Positions 14,864-23,591 of a stretch of DNA of 33,557 nt are shown piece after piece. The stretch comes from a bacterium (GTDB lineage Bacteria; Bacillota; Clostridia; Christensenellales; CAG-138): NCBI GenBank assembly GCA_029218485.1, contig JAQXRK010000208.1, forward strand, positions 1 through 33,557. Direction: 5' to 3'. The notes under the pieces are model-generated. The model had not been told where the DNA came from, did no database searches, and saw nothing but the letters and a program-made list of their open reading frames with translations. A program made the translations under genes and the position numbers. The stretch's first letter is position 1. The number at the start of each line of letters is the position of its first letter.

Positions 14864-14872
14864 GGGGGGGGG
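14864..14872. repeat. G9 homopolymer tract in a divergent intergenic region
   Basis: Nine consecutive G residues read directly from the sequence. The tract lies 10 nt upstream of the tldD -35 and upstream of the MFS promoter on the other strand. Confidence 0.9.
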
Positions 14873-14881
14873 CGGATGCGC

Positions 14882-14910
14882 TTGCAACGCGCCGGCGGAT
14901 GCGGTATGAT
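14882..14910 (+). promoter_or_regulatory. candidate sigma-A promoter of tldD-pmbA
   Basis: TTGCAA (14882-14887), a 17-nt spacer, TATGAT (14905-14910). This is about 50 nt upstream of the TTG start at 14962. Confidence 0.45.
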
Positions 14911-14961
14911 AGGGTCATACATCAATGGTTTCCTATTCTATATACAAAGGGGGACGAACGT

Positions 14962-16350
14962 TTGATCGATCAAAGACTTGCGGAGCGCGTGTTGCAGGCG
15001 GCTCTGACCTCCGGCGCGGACTTTTCCGAGCTGTTCATGGAGGATACCGTCAGCAATGCGATCGAAATGACGGACGGCAAGGTGGAGAACGCGGCCTATA
15101 CGCGCCGGCACGGCGCCGGCGTGCGCGTGCTGCTCGGCGCCCGCAGCGCCTATGCGTATACCGCGGACACCTCGGAGGCCGCGCTCATCGCCACGGCAAA
15201 GGCGGCCGCCGCCGCGCTGAAGGATGCGCCGAAGGAGAGCCGGATCGTGTTTGCGGCAAAGGGATATGCCGCACCGATGGCGGTTCCGTTTGCTTCCATC
15301 GGCAACGACCGGCGCGTTGCGCTGCTCGGCGAGGCGACCAGAGCGGCGCGCGCCGTATCGCAGGAGATCACGCAGGTGCAGGCGCGCTATATGGACAAGG
15401 TGCGCCGCACGCTGGTGTGCAATTCAGAGGGCGTGTTCGCCACCGCGGAGCGCCCGTATACGCGCGCCTTTGTCTCCACGATCGCCATGCAGGGCACGGA
15501 GGCGCAGACCGGCTATGAGGCCCCGGGCTGCTGCCGCGGCTTTGAGGCGTATTCCGGCTCGATCGATGTGTGCGCCCGCGCGGCGGAGGCCGCGCACACG
15601 GCCGTGACCATGCTGCACGCGCCGGATTGCCCGGCGGGCAGACTGCCGGTCGTAATCGACGGCGGCTTTGGCGGCGTGATCTTCCACGAGGCGTGCGGCC
15701 ACAGCCTGGAGGCGACGAGCGTCGGCCGCGGCAACAGTGAGTTTTGCGGCAAGCTCGGCCAGAAGATCGCGGCGGACTGCGTATCCGCCGTGGACGACGG
15801 TACGATGGCGGGCGAGTGGGGCAGCATCGACATCGACGATGAGGGCATGCCGGGCCGCCGCAACCTGCTCATCGAGAACGGCGTGCTGCGCGGATATCTC
15901 ATCGACCGGATCGGCTCGCGCCGCATGGGCATGGAAACCACCGGCTCCAGCCGCCGGCAGGATTACACCTTCGCACCGACCTCCCGCATGACGAACACCT
16001 TTATCTGCGCGGGTGCGGACGATGAGGAGGAGATGATCGCCACCATGGGCGAAGGACTGTACGCGAAAAAGATGGGCGGCGGGTCGGTGAACCCGATGAC
16101 CGGCGAGTTCAACTTCGCCGTCCTCGAGGGCTACTGGGTGCGCGACGGCAAGATCCTTTCGCCCGTGCGCGGCGCAACGCTCATCGGCAAGGGCACGGAG
16201 ATTCTGCCGCGAATCGACCGCGTCGGCCCGAATATGTGGATGGGGCAGGGTATGTGCGGTTCGCTCTCCGGCTCGGTGCCGACCAATGTCGGCCAGCCGC
16301 GCATCCGCGTGACGGAACTCACCATCGGCGGCAAGGGAGGTGTGCTGTGA
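14962..16350 (+). CDS. tldD: TldD family metalloprotease
   Basis: AAGGGGGA lies 7 nt upstream of TTG 14962 (LIDQRLAERVLQAALTSGADFSELFMED). The HExxxH motif is HEACGH. The C-terminus (GMCGSLSGSVPTNVGQPRIRV) is TldD-like. Confidence 0.9.
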   Translation: MIDQRLAERVLQAALTSGADFSELFMEDTVSNAIEMTDGKVENAAYTRRHGAGVRVLLGARSAYAYTADTSEAALIATAKAAAAALKDAPKESRIVFAAKGYAAPMAVPFASIGNDRRVALLGEATRAARAVSQEITQVQARYMDKVRRTLVCNSEGVFATAERPYTRAFVSTIAMQGTEAQTGYEAPGCCRGFEAYSGSIDVCARAAEAAHTAVTMLHAPDCPAGRLPVVIDGGFGGVIFHEACGHSLEATSVGRGNSEFCGKLGQKIAADCVSAVDDGTMAGEWGSIDIDDEGMPGRRNLLIENGVLRGYLIDRIGSRRMGMETTGSSRRQDYTFAPTSRMTNTFICAGADDEEEMIATMGEGLYAKKMGGGSVNPMTGEFNFAVLEGYWVRDGKILSPVRGATLIGKGTEILPRIDRVGPNMWMGQGMCGSLSGSVPTNVGQPRIRVTELTIGGKGGVL

Positions 16351-17681
16351 TGACCATGCAGGAATTTCGTGCGCGTGCGTTTCAATACGCGCTGGAACAG
16401 GGCTGCGATGCGGCCGAGACCTATTATGCCGAGGGCAAGGACTTTGAGGTCAATGCGCAGGGCGGCGAGATGGAACGGTATGCCGTTTCCCGCACGGGCG
16501 GGCTGAGCCTGCGCGTACAGCTCGGCGGCAGGGACGGGTATGCCTATACCGAGTGCATCGATGATCCCGAGGAGCTGGTGCGCCGCGCGATGGACAATGC
16601 GCGCGCCATCGAAACGGACGATGAACACCCGATGCAGACTGCCTGTACGTACGCCCCGATCGACAAAAAGTCCTGCCGGCTCGACGGCATGGACGAGGAG
16701 GAGAAGATTGCGCTCGCGCTGCAGCTCGAGCGGGATACGCTGGCCGCCGACGCGCGCGTGCAGCGTGTGATGTACTGTGAGGTCGGCACGTCGGAGGGGC
16801 ACACCGGCATCCACAATACCCTTGGCCTGTGCGCCGAGCGCGAGAGCCGTCTTGCCTACTGCTATGCCATGCCGGTCGTGCAGGAGGAAGGGCAGGTGCA
16901 GAATGCCCTTGCGTTCCGCATTGGAGACGATGCGCTGGATACGGCCGCCTGCGCGGCGGAGGCCGTGCGCGAGTCGGTCGCAAAACTCGGCGGCGAGCCG
17001 GTGCCCTCCGGCAGCTACGCGGTCGTGCTGCGCAACGACGCCATGGCCGACCTGCTCGGCGCGTTTTCCCCGGTATTTTCCGCCGAGGAGGCGCAAAAGG
17101 GCCGCTCCCTGCTCGCGGGCCGGGAGGGCACGGCCGTCGCAGCGGCGTGCGTGACCATTGCCGACGACCCGTTCCATCCGTACGCACCGCATGCGTTTGA
17201 CGGCGAGGGCACGCCCTGCGTGAAGAAGAACATCGTGGAGAACGGCCTGCTGACCACGCTGCTGCACAATCTCAAGACCGCCAGGAAGGCCGGCTGCGCA
17301 AGCACCGGCAACGGCGTGCGCGCTTCCGCGGCCTCTCCGGTCGGCGTCGGGCCGACGGTGCTGTACATCGTGCCCGGCGAGCAGACGCTTGATGAGCTGC
17401 TTGCCGACATGGGCGACGGCCTGCTGATCACAGAGCTTGAGGGCCTCCATGCCGGACTGGATCCCGTTTCCGGCGACTTTTCGCTCAAGGCCGCCGGCCG
17501 CCGGATCGTGGACGGCCGCGACGCCGGCGCCGTGTCGCAGATCACCGTTGCCGGGAATTTCCTCTCCCTGCTCAACGCGGTGGAGCGGGTGGGCGCCGAC
17601 CTGAAATTCGGCCTGCCCGGCAGCGCCTGCGTCGGGTCGCCGAGCATCCGCGTCCGTTCCCTGATGGTCGCGGGAAAGTGA
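16350..17681 (+). CDS. pmbA: PmbA/TldE family protein (partner of TldD)
   Basis: ATG 16350 overlaps the tldD TGA (gtgATGacc). The product begins MTMQEFRARAFQYALEQGCDAAETYY and has a TldD/PmbA fold without HExxxH. The C-terminus (GSACVGSPSIRVRSLMVAG) is typical. Confidence 0.9.
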   Translation: MTMQEFRARAFQYALEQGCDAAETYYAEGKDFEVNAQGGEMERYAVSRTGGLSLRVQLGGRDGYAYTECIDDPEELVRRAMDNARAIETDDEHPMQTACTYAPIDKKSCRLDGMDEEEKIALALQLERDTLAADARVQRVMYCEVGTSEGHTGIHNTLGLCAERESRLAYCYAMPVVQEEGQVQNALAFRIGDDALDTAACAAEAVRESVAKLGGEPVPSGSYAVVLRNDAMADLLGAFSPVFSAEEAQKGRSLLAGREGTAVAAACVTIADDPFHPYAPHAFDGEGTPCVKKNIVENGLLTTLLHNLKTARKAGCASTGNGVRASAASPVGVGPTVLYIVPGEQTLDELLADMGDGLLITELEGLHAGLDPVSGDFSLKAAGRRIVDGRDAGAVSQITVAGNFLSLLNAVERVGADLKFGLPGSACVGSPSIRVRSLMVAGK

Positions 17682-17724
17682 CCTGAAAAACGATAACAAA
17701 TGCCCCCGTTTTCGGAAAAAACCG

Positions 17725-17753
17725 TTGACACGGCCACCCGCTTGTGGTATCGT
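17725..17753 (+). promoter_or_regulatory. candidate promoter upstream of rpmG
   Basis: TTGACA (17725-17730), a 17-nt spacer, TGG-TATCGT (17748-17753). However, a terminator-like hairpin begins only about 10 nt downstream of the -10. Confidence 0.35.
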
Positions 17754-17762
17754 ATCAAAGGT

Positions 17763-17786
17763 GCCCCGAAAACGGGGCTCGTTTTT
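17763..17786 (+). terminator. terminator-like hairpin + T-run between pmbA and rpmG
   Basis: gccccg aaaa cggggc is followed by tcgttttt. It is either the tldD-pmbA terminator or a 5' stem-loop of the rpmG leader. Confidence 0.5.
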
Positions 17787-17820
17787 GATGCTTTTGACCT
17801 AAACAGGGAGGGTTTAACAA

Positions 17821-17970
17821 ATGCGCGTAAAAATCACATTGGCCTGCACCGAGTGCAAACAGCGGAACTACAACACGTTCAAGAACAAGAAGAACGACCC
17901 CGACCGGCTGGAGTTCTCCAAGTACTGCCGCTTCTGCCGTAAGCACACGATCCATCGGGAATCCAAGTAA
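17821..17970 (+). CDS. rpmG: 50S ribosomal protein L33 (zinc-ribbon form)
   Basis: [49 protein letters not shown] (49 aa). It is below the ORF-track length cutoff. AGGGAGGG lies 7 nt upstream. Confidence 0.95.
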   Translation: MRVKITLACTECKQRNYNTFKNKKNDPDRLEFSKYCRFCRKHTIHRESK

Positions 17971-17994
17971 ATCCCAGACAGAAAAGAGGACGCT

Positions 17995-18240
17995 ATGGCA
18001 ACAAAAACCAAAGCCAACGAAAAGAAGAAGCCCAAGAAGGAAAGGCGTTTTCATCCCATCCGTTATTTTCGCGAGATGTTCGGCGAGATCAAGAAGCTCA
18101 CTTGGCTGACGGGGAAAGAGTTGGTTTCGCACACGGTTGCGGTGTTTGCATTCGTGCTTGTGATGGCGCTCATCATCTATGTTCTGGATCTCGGCTTCTC
18201 GTCCGGTATGGGTGCGCTTGAAAGCATCAACATCGGGTAA
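17995..18240 (+). CDS. secE: preprotein translocase subunit SecE
   Basis: 81 aa with a basic N-terminus, then FFREMFGEIKKLTWLTGKEL and a single TM (VAVFAFVLVMALIIYVL). It has the canonical position between rpmG and nusG. Confidence 0.9.
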   Translation: MATKTKANEKKKPKKERRFHPIRYFREMFGEIKKLTWLTGKELVSHTVAVFAFVLVMALIIYVLDLGFSSGMGALESINIG

Positions 18241-18245
18241 GAGAC

Positions 18246-18830
18246 ATGAGTCAGGAAGCAAAGTGGTACGTCGTTCATACCTATTCCGGGTATGAAAACA
18301 AGGTCAAGGAGGATCTCGAAAAGTCGGTGGAGAACCTCGATTTGCAGGACACGATCCTGGAGGTCAAGTATCCCACCGAGGAAGCGATCGAGATTCTGCC
18401 CAACGGTAAGCGCAAGGTCACGCAGCGCAAGGTGTATCCCGGCTATGTCATGGTCAAGATGCTCGTTGACGTGGTCGAAAAGGAGCGCCCGCCGGAAAAG
18501 GGCGGCGGCGTGGTCAACGAACTGGTCATGAATCCGCGTGCATGGTACGTTGTGCGCAACACGCGCGGCGTCACCGGCTTCGTCGGCCCGGGTTCCAAGC
18601 CCGTTCCGCTTTCCGACGAGGAAGTGACGGCCATGGGCGTGGAGCGCATCCCGATCGTGCTCAACATCGAGGTCGGCGAGAGTGTCCGCGTCGTGTCCGG
18701 CCCGCTCGAGAACTTCATCGGTCGCGTGGAGAATCTCGATACCGAACGCCAAAAGGTCAAGCTGACCGTGTCCATGTTCGGCCGCGAAACGCCGGTCGAG
18801 CTGGATTTTGTTCAGGTGCAAAAGCTCTGA
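18246..18830 (+). CDS. nusG: transcription termination/antitermination factor NusG
   Basis: KWYVVHTYSGYENKV marks the NGN domain. The KOW domain is IEVGESVRVVSGPLENFIGRVENLD...VKLTVSMFGRETPVEL. Confidence 0.95.
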   Translation: MSQEAKWYVVHTYSGYENKVKEDLEKSVENLDLQDTILEVKYPTEEAIEILPNGKRKVTQRKVYPGYVMVKMLVDVVEKERPPEKGGGVVNELVMNPRAWYVVRNTRGVTGFVGPGSKPVPLSDEEVTAMGVERIPIVLNIEVGESVRVVSGPLENFIGRVENLDTERQKVKLTVSMFGRETPVELDFVQVQKL

Positions 18831-18836
18831 TGGTCA

Positions 18837-18854
18837 CATGCCGCACGCGGCATG
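18837..18854 (+). other. 7-bp hairpin in the nusG-rplK spacer (weak terminator or leader element)
   Basis: catgccg cacg cggcatg is followed by ctgttcat. No strong U-tract follows. Confidence 0.3.
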
Positions 18855-18921
18855 CTGTTCATAAAGCGTGGGAGGGGGAGGCACCCCGCTCGCACCACAT
18901 ATTATTCAGGAGGGAACTGCA

Positions 18922-19347
18922 ATGGCAAAGAAAATCACAGGCTATGTGAAACTTCAGATTCCTGCGGGCAAGGCAACGCCCGCGCCGCCGGTCGGCCCCG
19001 CGCTGGGTCAGCACGGCGTCAACATCATGGGCTTCTGCAAGGAGTTCAATGAGCGCACGAACAAGCAGGCGGGGCTGATCATCCCCGTCGTCATCACGGT
19101 CTATCAGGATCGTTCCTTCTCCTTCATCACCAAGACGCCGCCGGCGGCCGTTCTGATCAAGAAGGCCTGCAACCTCGAGCATGCTTCCGGCACGCCGAAC
19201 AAGACGAAGGTTGCCACCATCTCCAAGGCGCAGGTTCGGGAGATTGCCGAGCTCAAGATGCCCGACCTGAACGCGGCAAGCGTTGAGGCAGCGATGAGCA
19301 TGATCGCCGGTACCGCCCGCAGCATGGGCGTCATCGTCGGCGAGTAA
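18922..19347 (+). CDS. rplK: 50S ribosomal protein L11
   Basis: [50 protein letters not shown] lies 7 nt upstream of ATG 18922; the ORF-track start at 18868 is upstream of the SD. Confidence 0.95.
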   Translation: MAKKITGYVKLQIPAGKATPAPPVGPALGQHGVNIMGFCKEFNERTNKQAGLIIPVVITVYQDRSFSFITKTPPAAVLIKKACNLEHASGTPNKTKVATISKAQVREIAELKMPDLNAASVEAAMSMIAGTARSMGVIVGE

Positions 19348-19359
19348 GGAGGAACGAAG

Positions 19360-20052
19360 ATGAAGCACGGTAAGAAATATCTGGACAGCAAAAAGTCCTA
19401 CGATACGCTCAAGCAGTTCGACATCCACGAGGGTCTGGAAACCGTTCTGAGCACCGCCAAGGCCAAGTTCGATGAGACGGTCGAGATCTCCGTCCGTCTG
19501 GGCGTCGACCCGCGTCACGCCGACCAGCAGGTTCGCGGTGCCGTCGTTCTGCCGCACGGCACGGGCAAAACCGTCCGCGTCCTCGTGTTCGCCAAGGCGG
19601 ACAAGGCCCGCGAAGCGCAGGAAGCCGGTGCGGACTATGTCGGCGATGAGGATCTGGTCAAGAAGATCCAGACCGAGAACTGGTTCGATTTCGACGTTTG
19701 CGTCGCTACCCCGGACATGATGGGCGTCGTTGGCCGCATCGGCCGCGTGCTCGGCCCCAAGGGCCTCATGCCGAACCCGAAGAGCGGCACGGTCACCATG
19801 GATGTGGCGAAGGCCATTGCCGACATCAAAGCCGGTAAGGTTGAGTACCGCGTCGACAAGACCAGTATCGTCCACTGCCCGATCGGCAAGGCGTCGTTCG
19901 GCGTTGACAAGCTCGAGGAGAACCTCAACTCCCTGATGGACGCTATCGTCAAGGCGAAGCCCGCTGCGGCGAAGGGCACCTACCTCAAGAGCGTTGTCGT
20001 TTCCACGACGATGGGCCCGGGCGTCAAGTTCAATCCGGTTCGCTTCGGTTGA
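19360..20052 (+). CDS. rplA: 50S ribosomal protein L1
   Basis: [12 protein letters not shown]...[26 protein letters not shown] (230 aa). AAGGAGG lies upstream. Confidence 0.95.
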   Translation: MKHGKKYLDSKKSYDTLKQFDIHEGLETVLSTAKAKFDETVEISVRLGVDPRHADQQVRGAVVLPHGTGKTVRVLVFAKADKAREAQEAGADYVGDEDLVKKIQTENWFDFDVCVATPDMMGVVGRIGRVLGPKGLMPNPKSGTVTMDVAKAIADIKAGKVEYRVDKTSIVHCPIGKASFGVDKLEENLNSLMDAIVKAKPAAAKGTYLKSVVVSTTMGPGVKFNPVRFG

Positions 20053-20075
20053 GCAGCAGCGCTCCGCACAGACGC

Positions 20076-20105
20076 TTGACACAGCGCCGTTCGGTATGGT
20101 ATACT
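20076..20105 (+). promoter_or_regulatory. near-consensus sigma-A promoter of the rplJ-rplL operon
   Basis: TTGACA (20076-20081), an 18-nt spacer, TGG-TATACT (20100-20105). Confidence 0.6.
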
Positions 20106-20257
20106 GAACAACGGTAAACAACATATTGCCGAAGACAGTCGGTGGCCACTTGGCGTAAATCCTACCGAGGCGCATGAATCCAGCATTGTCTGCTTGCGTT
20201 CCCTGTCTTTGGCAGGGAACGTTTTTTACATCTTTTGCGAGGAGGTGAAACAAAACT
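20106..20257 (+). promoter_or_regulatory. ribosomal protein L10 leader-like 5' UTR with an intrinsic attenuator hairpin
   Basis: The UTR upstream of rplJ is about 145 nt. Stem cgttccctg / cagggaacg (20197-20221) has a 7-nt loop and is followed by tttttt (20222-20227), just ahead of the rplJ SD GAGGAGG. The position matches the L10(L12)4 autoregulatory leader of Firmicutes. Confidence 0.55.
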
Positions 20258-20782
20258 ATGGCAAACATGAAAAACATCGAGATGAAGGCTGCACAGGTGC
20301 AGGAGATTCAGGATAAGATTCAGCGTGCCAGCTCCGTTGTGGCGTTTGACTACCGCGGCCTGACCGTTGAGGAGGTCACCCAGCTTCGCAACAACATGCG
20401 CAAGGCGGGCGTGGAATACATCGTCCTCAAGAACCACATCGTCGGTCGTGCGTGCGACGCGGCGGGCATCGATGCTTCCATTCATGACGTGCTCCACGGA
20501 CCGTCCGCATTTGCGTTCGGTTACGAGGATGCGGTCACGCCGGCAAAGCTCCTCAAGGAGTTCGTGAAGAAGGCAAAGAAGTGCGAGATCAAGGGCGGTA
20601 TCGTCGAGGGCGCCGTCACCAGCGCCAAGGATCTGGACGCGATTGCCGATCTGCCGTCGCGCGAAGTGCTCATCGCACGCTTGCTGGGCAGCATGATGTC
20701 GCCGATTTCCGGTCTTGCGATCGTGCTCGATCAGATCGCCAAGAAGCAGGGCGGCGCTGCCGAAGAACCGGCTGCCGAGTAA
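20258..20782 (+). CDS. rplJ: 50S ribosomal protein L10
   Basis: 174 aa. Blocks AFDYRGLTVEEVTQLRNNMRKAGVEYIVLKN and C-terminal LLGSMMSPISGLA are present. Confidence 0.95.
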   Translation: MANMKNIEMKAAQVQEIQDKIQRASSVVAFDYRGLTVEEVTQLRNNMRKAGVEYIVLKNHIVGRACDAAGIDASIHDVLHGPSAFAFGYEDAVTPAKLLKEFVKKAKKCEIKGGIVEGAVTSAKDLDAIADLPSREVLIARLLGSMMSPISGLAIVLDQIAKKQGGAAEEPAAE

Positions 20783-20831
20783 CCCCATTTGACAACCAAA
20801 GATTTTTAAACTTTAACAGGAGGAAATTACA

Positions 20832-21200
20832 ATGGATAAAGCGCAACTGATTGCTGATATCAAAGCGATGTCCGTGCTGGAGCTCTCCGAGCTTGTGAAG
20901 GCACTGGAAGAGGAGTTTGGCGTTTCTGCCGCCGCAACCGCCGTCGCCGTGGCCGGCCCCGCTGCTGAGGCTGCCGAGGTTGAGGAGAAGACCGAGTTCG
21001 ACGTCATCCTGAAGGATGTCGGCTCCGAGAAGATCAAGGTCATCAAGACCGTCCGCGAGCTCACGGGCCTCGGCCTGAAGGAAGCCAAGGAAGTCGTCGA
21101 CAACGCGCCGAAGCCGGTCAAGGAAGGCGTCTCCAAGGAAGAAGCCGAGAAGATCGCCGCCGCGTTCAAAGAGGTTGGCGCAACCTGCGAAATCAAATAA
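20832..21200 (+). CDS. rplL: 50S ribosomal protein L7/L12
   Basis: 122 aa. It has [18 protein letters not shown], an Ala-rich hinge, [24 protein letters not shown] and the C-terminal GATCEIK. Confidence 0.95.
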   Translation: MDKAQLIADIKAMSVLELSELVKALEEEFGVSAAATAVAVAGPAAEAAEVEEKTEFDVILKDVGSEKIKVIKTVRELTGLGLKEAKEVVDNAPKPVKEGVSKEEAEKIAAAFKEVGATCEIK

Positions 21201-21216
21201 GAAATTTCAACGCATC

Positions 21217-21250
21217 GGGGAGAGCTTCGGCTCTCCCCGAACTATTTTGC
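21217..21250 (+). terminator. rho-independent terminator after rplL
   Basis: ggggagagc ttcg gctctcccc is a 9-bp GC-rich stem with a tetraloop. It is followed by gaactatttt. Confidence 0.7.
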
Positions 21251-21340
21251 AATGAATCCCCACGGAAAACCATTCTATTCGACTAAATAGATAGATTATC
21301 CCCACAATAGAAAATACGAACGACATTACTGAGACTTTTG

Positions 21341-21369
21341 TTGAAACGGCACAAAAAGTGTGTTATCTT
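21341..21369 (+). promoter_or_regulatory. candidate promoter of the glutamine synthetase gene
   Basis: TTGAAA (21341-21346), a 17-nt spacer, TGT-TATCTT (21364-21369). It lies in an AT-rich 200-bp spacer. Confidence 0.4.
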
Positions 21370-21399
21370 AGTTTCCATCAAAACAAAGGGGCATTTACC

Positions 21400-23517
21400 A
21401 TGATGGAACTGGGAAAAGCAGCGGCTTACAGCGAATTCGGCTCGGATGTGTTTTCGGATGCGGAGATGGCGCGCCGACTGCCGCCGGAGCTGTACATTGC
21501 GCTGCATCGCACGATTGAAGAGGGAAGCGAACTGACGTACGACGTCGCCGGCGCTGTTGCGACCGCGATGCTGGAGTGGGCGACCGAGCACGGCGCAACG
21601 CACTTTACGCATTGGTTCCAGCCGATGACCGGCGCGACCGCGGAAAAGCGCGATACGTTCATCGATTTTGCCGGGTTGGACCGCATGCCGATCCTCTCGT
21701 TTTCGGCCAAAGCGCTCATCAAGGGCGAGGCTGACGGCTCCTCGTTCCCGTCCGGCGGGCTGCGCGCCACGTTTGAAGCGCGCGGCTATACGACCTGGGA
21801 TTGCATGAGCCCGGCGTTCCTCAAGCGCAATTCGGACGGCACCAAGTGCCTGTGCATCCCGACGGCGTTTTGCTCGTTCTCGGGCGAGGCGCTGGATGAG
21901 AAAACACCGCTGCTGCGCTCCATGGAGGCCATCAACCATCAGGCGCTGCGCGTGCTGCGGCTGCTGGGCGACACGAAAACGCGCCGCGTGACGCCGACCG
22001 TCGGCGGCGAGCAGGAATATTTCCTGGTCGATAAGCGCGCGTTCCACAAGCGCAAGGATCTGGTCTATACCGGCCGCACGCTCTTCGGCGCGCCCCCGGC
22101 GAAGGGCCAGGAGCTCTCCGACCAGTATTACGCCGCAACGCCGGAGCCGGTGATGGCGTTTATGCACGAGCTCAACGAGGCCCTCTGGCGCATGGGCGTG
22201 CCCTGCAAGACGGAGCACAACGAGGTTGCACCCTCGCAGTATGAGCTGGCGCCCCTGTTCGTTTCCGCCAATCTGGCCGTCGACCACAACCAGATCATCA
22301 TGGAGACCATGCGGCGCACGGCGGAGCGGCACGGCCTGACCTGCCTGCTGCACGAAAAGCCGTTTGCCGGTGTCAACGGCAGCGGTAAGCACAACAACTG
22401 GTCGCTGCTGACCGATACCGGCGTCAACCTGCTCAAGCCCGGCAAGGACGAGGCCGGGAGCCGCGTGTTCTTCACGTTCCTGATGGCGGTGATCGCCGCC
22501 GTGGACGAATATGCGCCCATGCTCCGCATGAGCAGCGCATCCATCGGCAATGAAAACCGTTTGGGCGGGGAGGAAGCGCCGCCGCCGATCATCTCGGTAT
22601 ATCTGGGCAACTACCTGCAATCGGAGCTGGAGCGCATTGCCAGCGGCGGCAGCGCTGCGGCGCACACCGGCGAAATGATGCACATCGGCGTGTCCACGCT
22701 GGCCGAGATCAAGCGCGATGACACCGACCGGAACCGCACCTCGCCGTTTGCGTTCACGGGCAATAAGTTTGAGTTCCGCATGGTCGGCTCATCGCAGTCG
22801 CTGGGCATGCCCAACACCGTGCTCAACACCATCGTGGCGGAGAGCCTCAGCCGCATGGCGGATACGCTCGAAGCCGCCGAGGACCGGGAGAGCGCGTGGA
22901 GCGCGATGATGGCGGAGCAGTATGCCGCGCACAGCCGCGTGCTGTTCAACGGAAACAATTACGATGCGGCATGGACGGCCGAGGCGGCGCGCCGCGGATT
23001 GCCGTCGATCGATAACACGGTCGATGCGCTCGATGTCTATGGCTCCGAGCAGGCGCGCGATGTGCTGAACCGTCAGGGCGTGCTCTCCGAGCATGAGGCG
23101 CTCGCGCGGCGCGAGATTGCGCTGCAGAACTATGCGACGCAGGGCCATATCGAGGCGGTGACCATGGTCAAGATTGCGCGGCAGACCATTCTCCCGGCCT
23201 GCGCGCGCTACAGCGCCGTGCTGGCCGATGCGGCGGCGGCCTCCAAGCAGGCGGGCATTGCGGCGCCGGCACAGACCGCGATGCTGCGCGACCTCAACCG
23301 CCGTATGAACGAGTGCAGGGGCGCGGCGGATGCGTTGGATGAGGCCATGCGGCGCCAGAGCCCGGAGACCGCGTATGAACAGGCGGTGCTGCACCGCGAC
23401 GAGCTGCGGCCGCGCATGGAGAAGCTGCGCGCCACGGTCGATGCGCTCGAGTGCATCGTGGACAAGGCGTACTGGCCGCTGCCCTCCTACGGCGAGATGT
23501 TGTTCCGCATCGCCTGA
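21400..23517 (+). CDS. glnN: glutamine synthetase, type III
   Basis: About 705 aa from ATG 21400, with AAAGGGG 8 nt upstream. The N-terminal block (FGSDVFSDAEMARRLPPELY...HFTHWFQPMTG) and the catalytic region (HNEVAPSQYELAPLF, HEKPFAGVNGSGKHNNWS) are typical of GS-III. The length is incompatible with GS-I. Confidence 0.9.
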   Translation: MMELGKAAAYSEFGSDVFSDAEMARRLPPELYIALHRTIEEGSELTYDVAGAVATAMLEWATEHGATHFTHWFQPMTGATAEKRDTFIDFAGLDRMPILSFSAKALIKGEADGSSFPSGGLRATFEARGYTTWDCMSPAFLKRNSDGTKCLCIPTAFCSFSGEALDEKTPLLRSMEAINHQALRVLRLLGDTKTRRVTPTVGGEQEYFLVDKRAFHKRKDLVYTGRTLFGAPPAKGQELSDQYYAATPEPVMAFMHELNEALWRMGVPCKTEHNEVAPSQYELAPLFVSANLAVDHNQIIMETMRRTAERHGLTCLLHEKPFAGVNGSGKHNNWSLLTDTGVNLLKPGKDEAGSRVFFTFLMAVIAAVDEYAPMLRMSSASIGNENRLGGEEAPPPIISVYLGNYLQSELERIASGGSAAAHTGEMMHIGVSTLAEIKRDDTDRNRTSPFAFTGNKFEFRMVGSSQSLGMPNTVLNTIVAESLSRMADTLEAAEDRESAWSAMMAEQYAAHSRVLFNGNNYDAAWTAEAARRGLPSIDNTVDALDVYGSEQARDVLNRQGVLSEHEALARREIALQNYATQGHIEAVTMVKIARQTILPACARYSAVLADAAAASKQAGIAAPAQTAMLRDLNRRMNECRGAADALDEAMRRQSPETAYEQAVLHRDELRPRMEKLRATVDALECIVDKAYWPLPSYGEMLFRIA

Positions 23518-23591
23518 TGCGGGCTGACGACCGGAGTCGGCCGCGGCATGCGGGGACCACAGGAAAACGGATGGAGTGAAAGGAGAGGCGT

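Noticed and set aside
14962-17681. TldD/PmbA as part of a microcin B17-like/LAP RiPP maturation cluster (given the Cys-rich repeats elsewhere in the window)
   Set aside because: No YcaO/cyclodehydratase, dehydrogenase or short precursor gene is adjacent. tldD-pmbA is a common housekeeping pair. It lies about 10 kb from the Cys-repeat gene and on the opposite strand.
18859-20277. 472-aa minus-strand ORF covering rplK and rplA
   Set aside because: It is antisense to two unmistakable ribosomal protein genes. It runs across their intergenic spacer and the rplJ promoter, has low-complexity composition and has no start context.
21339-21353. GlnR/TnrA box (TGTNA-N7-TNACA) upstream of the glutamine synthetase gene
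   Set aside because: The sequence tgttgaaacggcaca has TGT and ACA separated by 9 nt rather than 11, and the inner consensus positions do not match. It also overlaps the putative -35.
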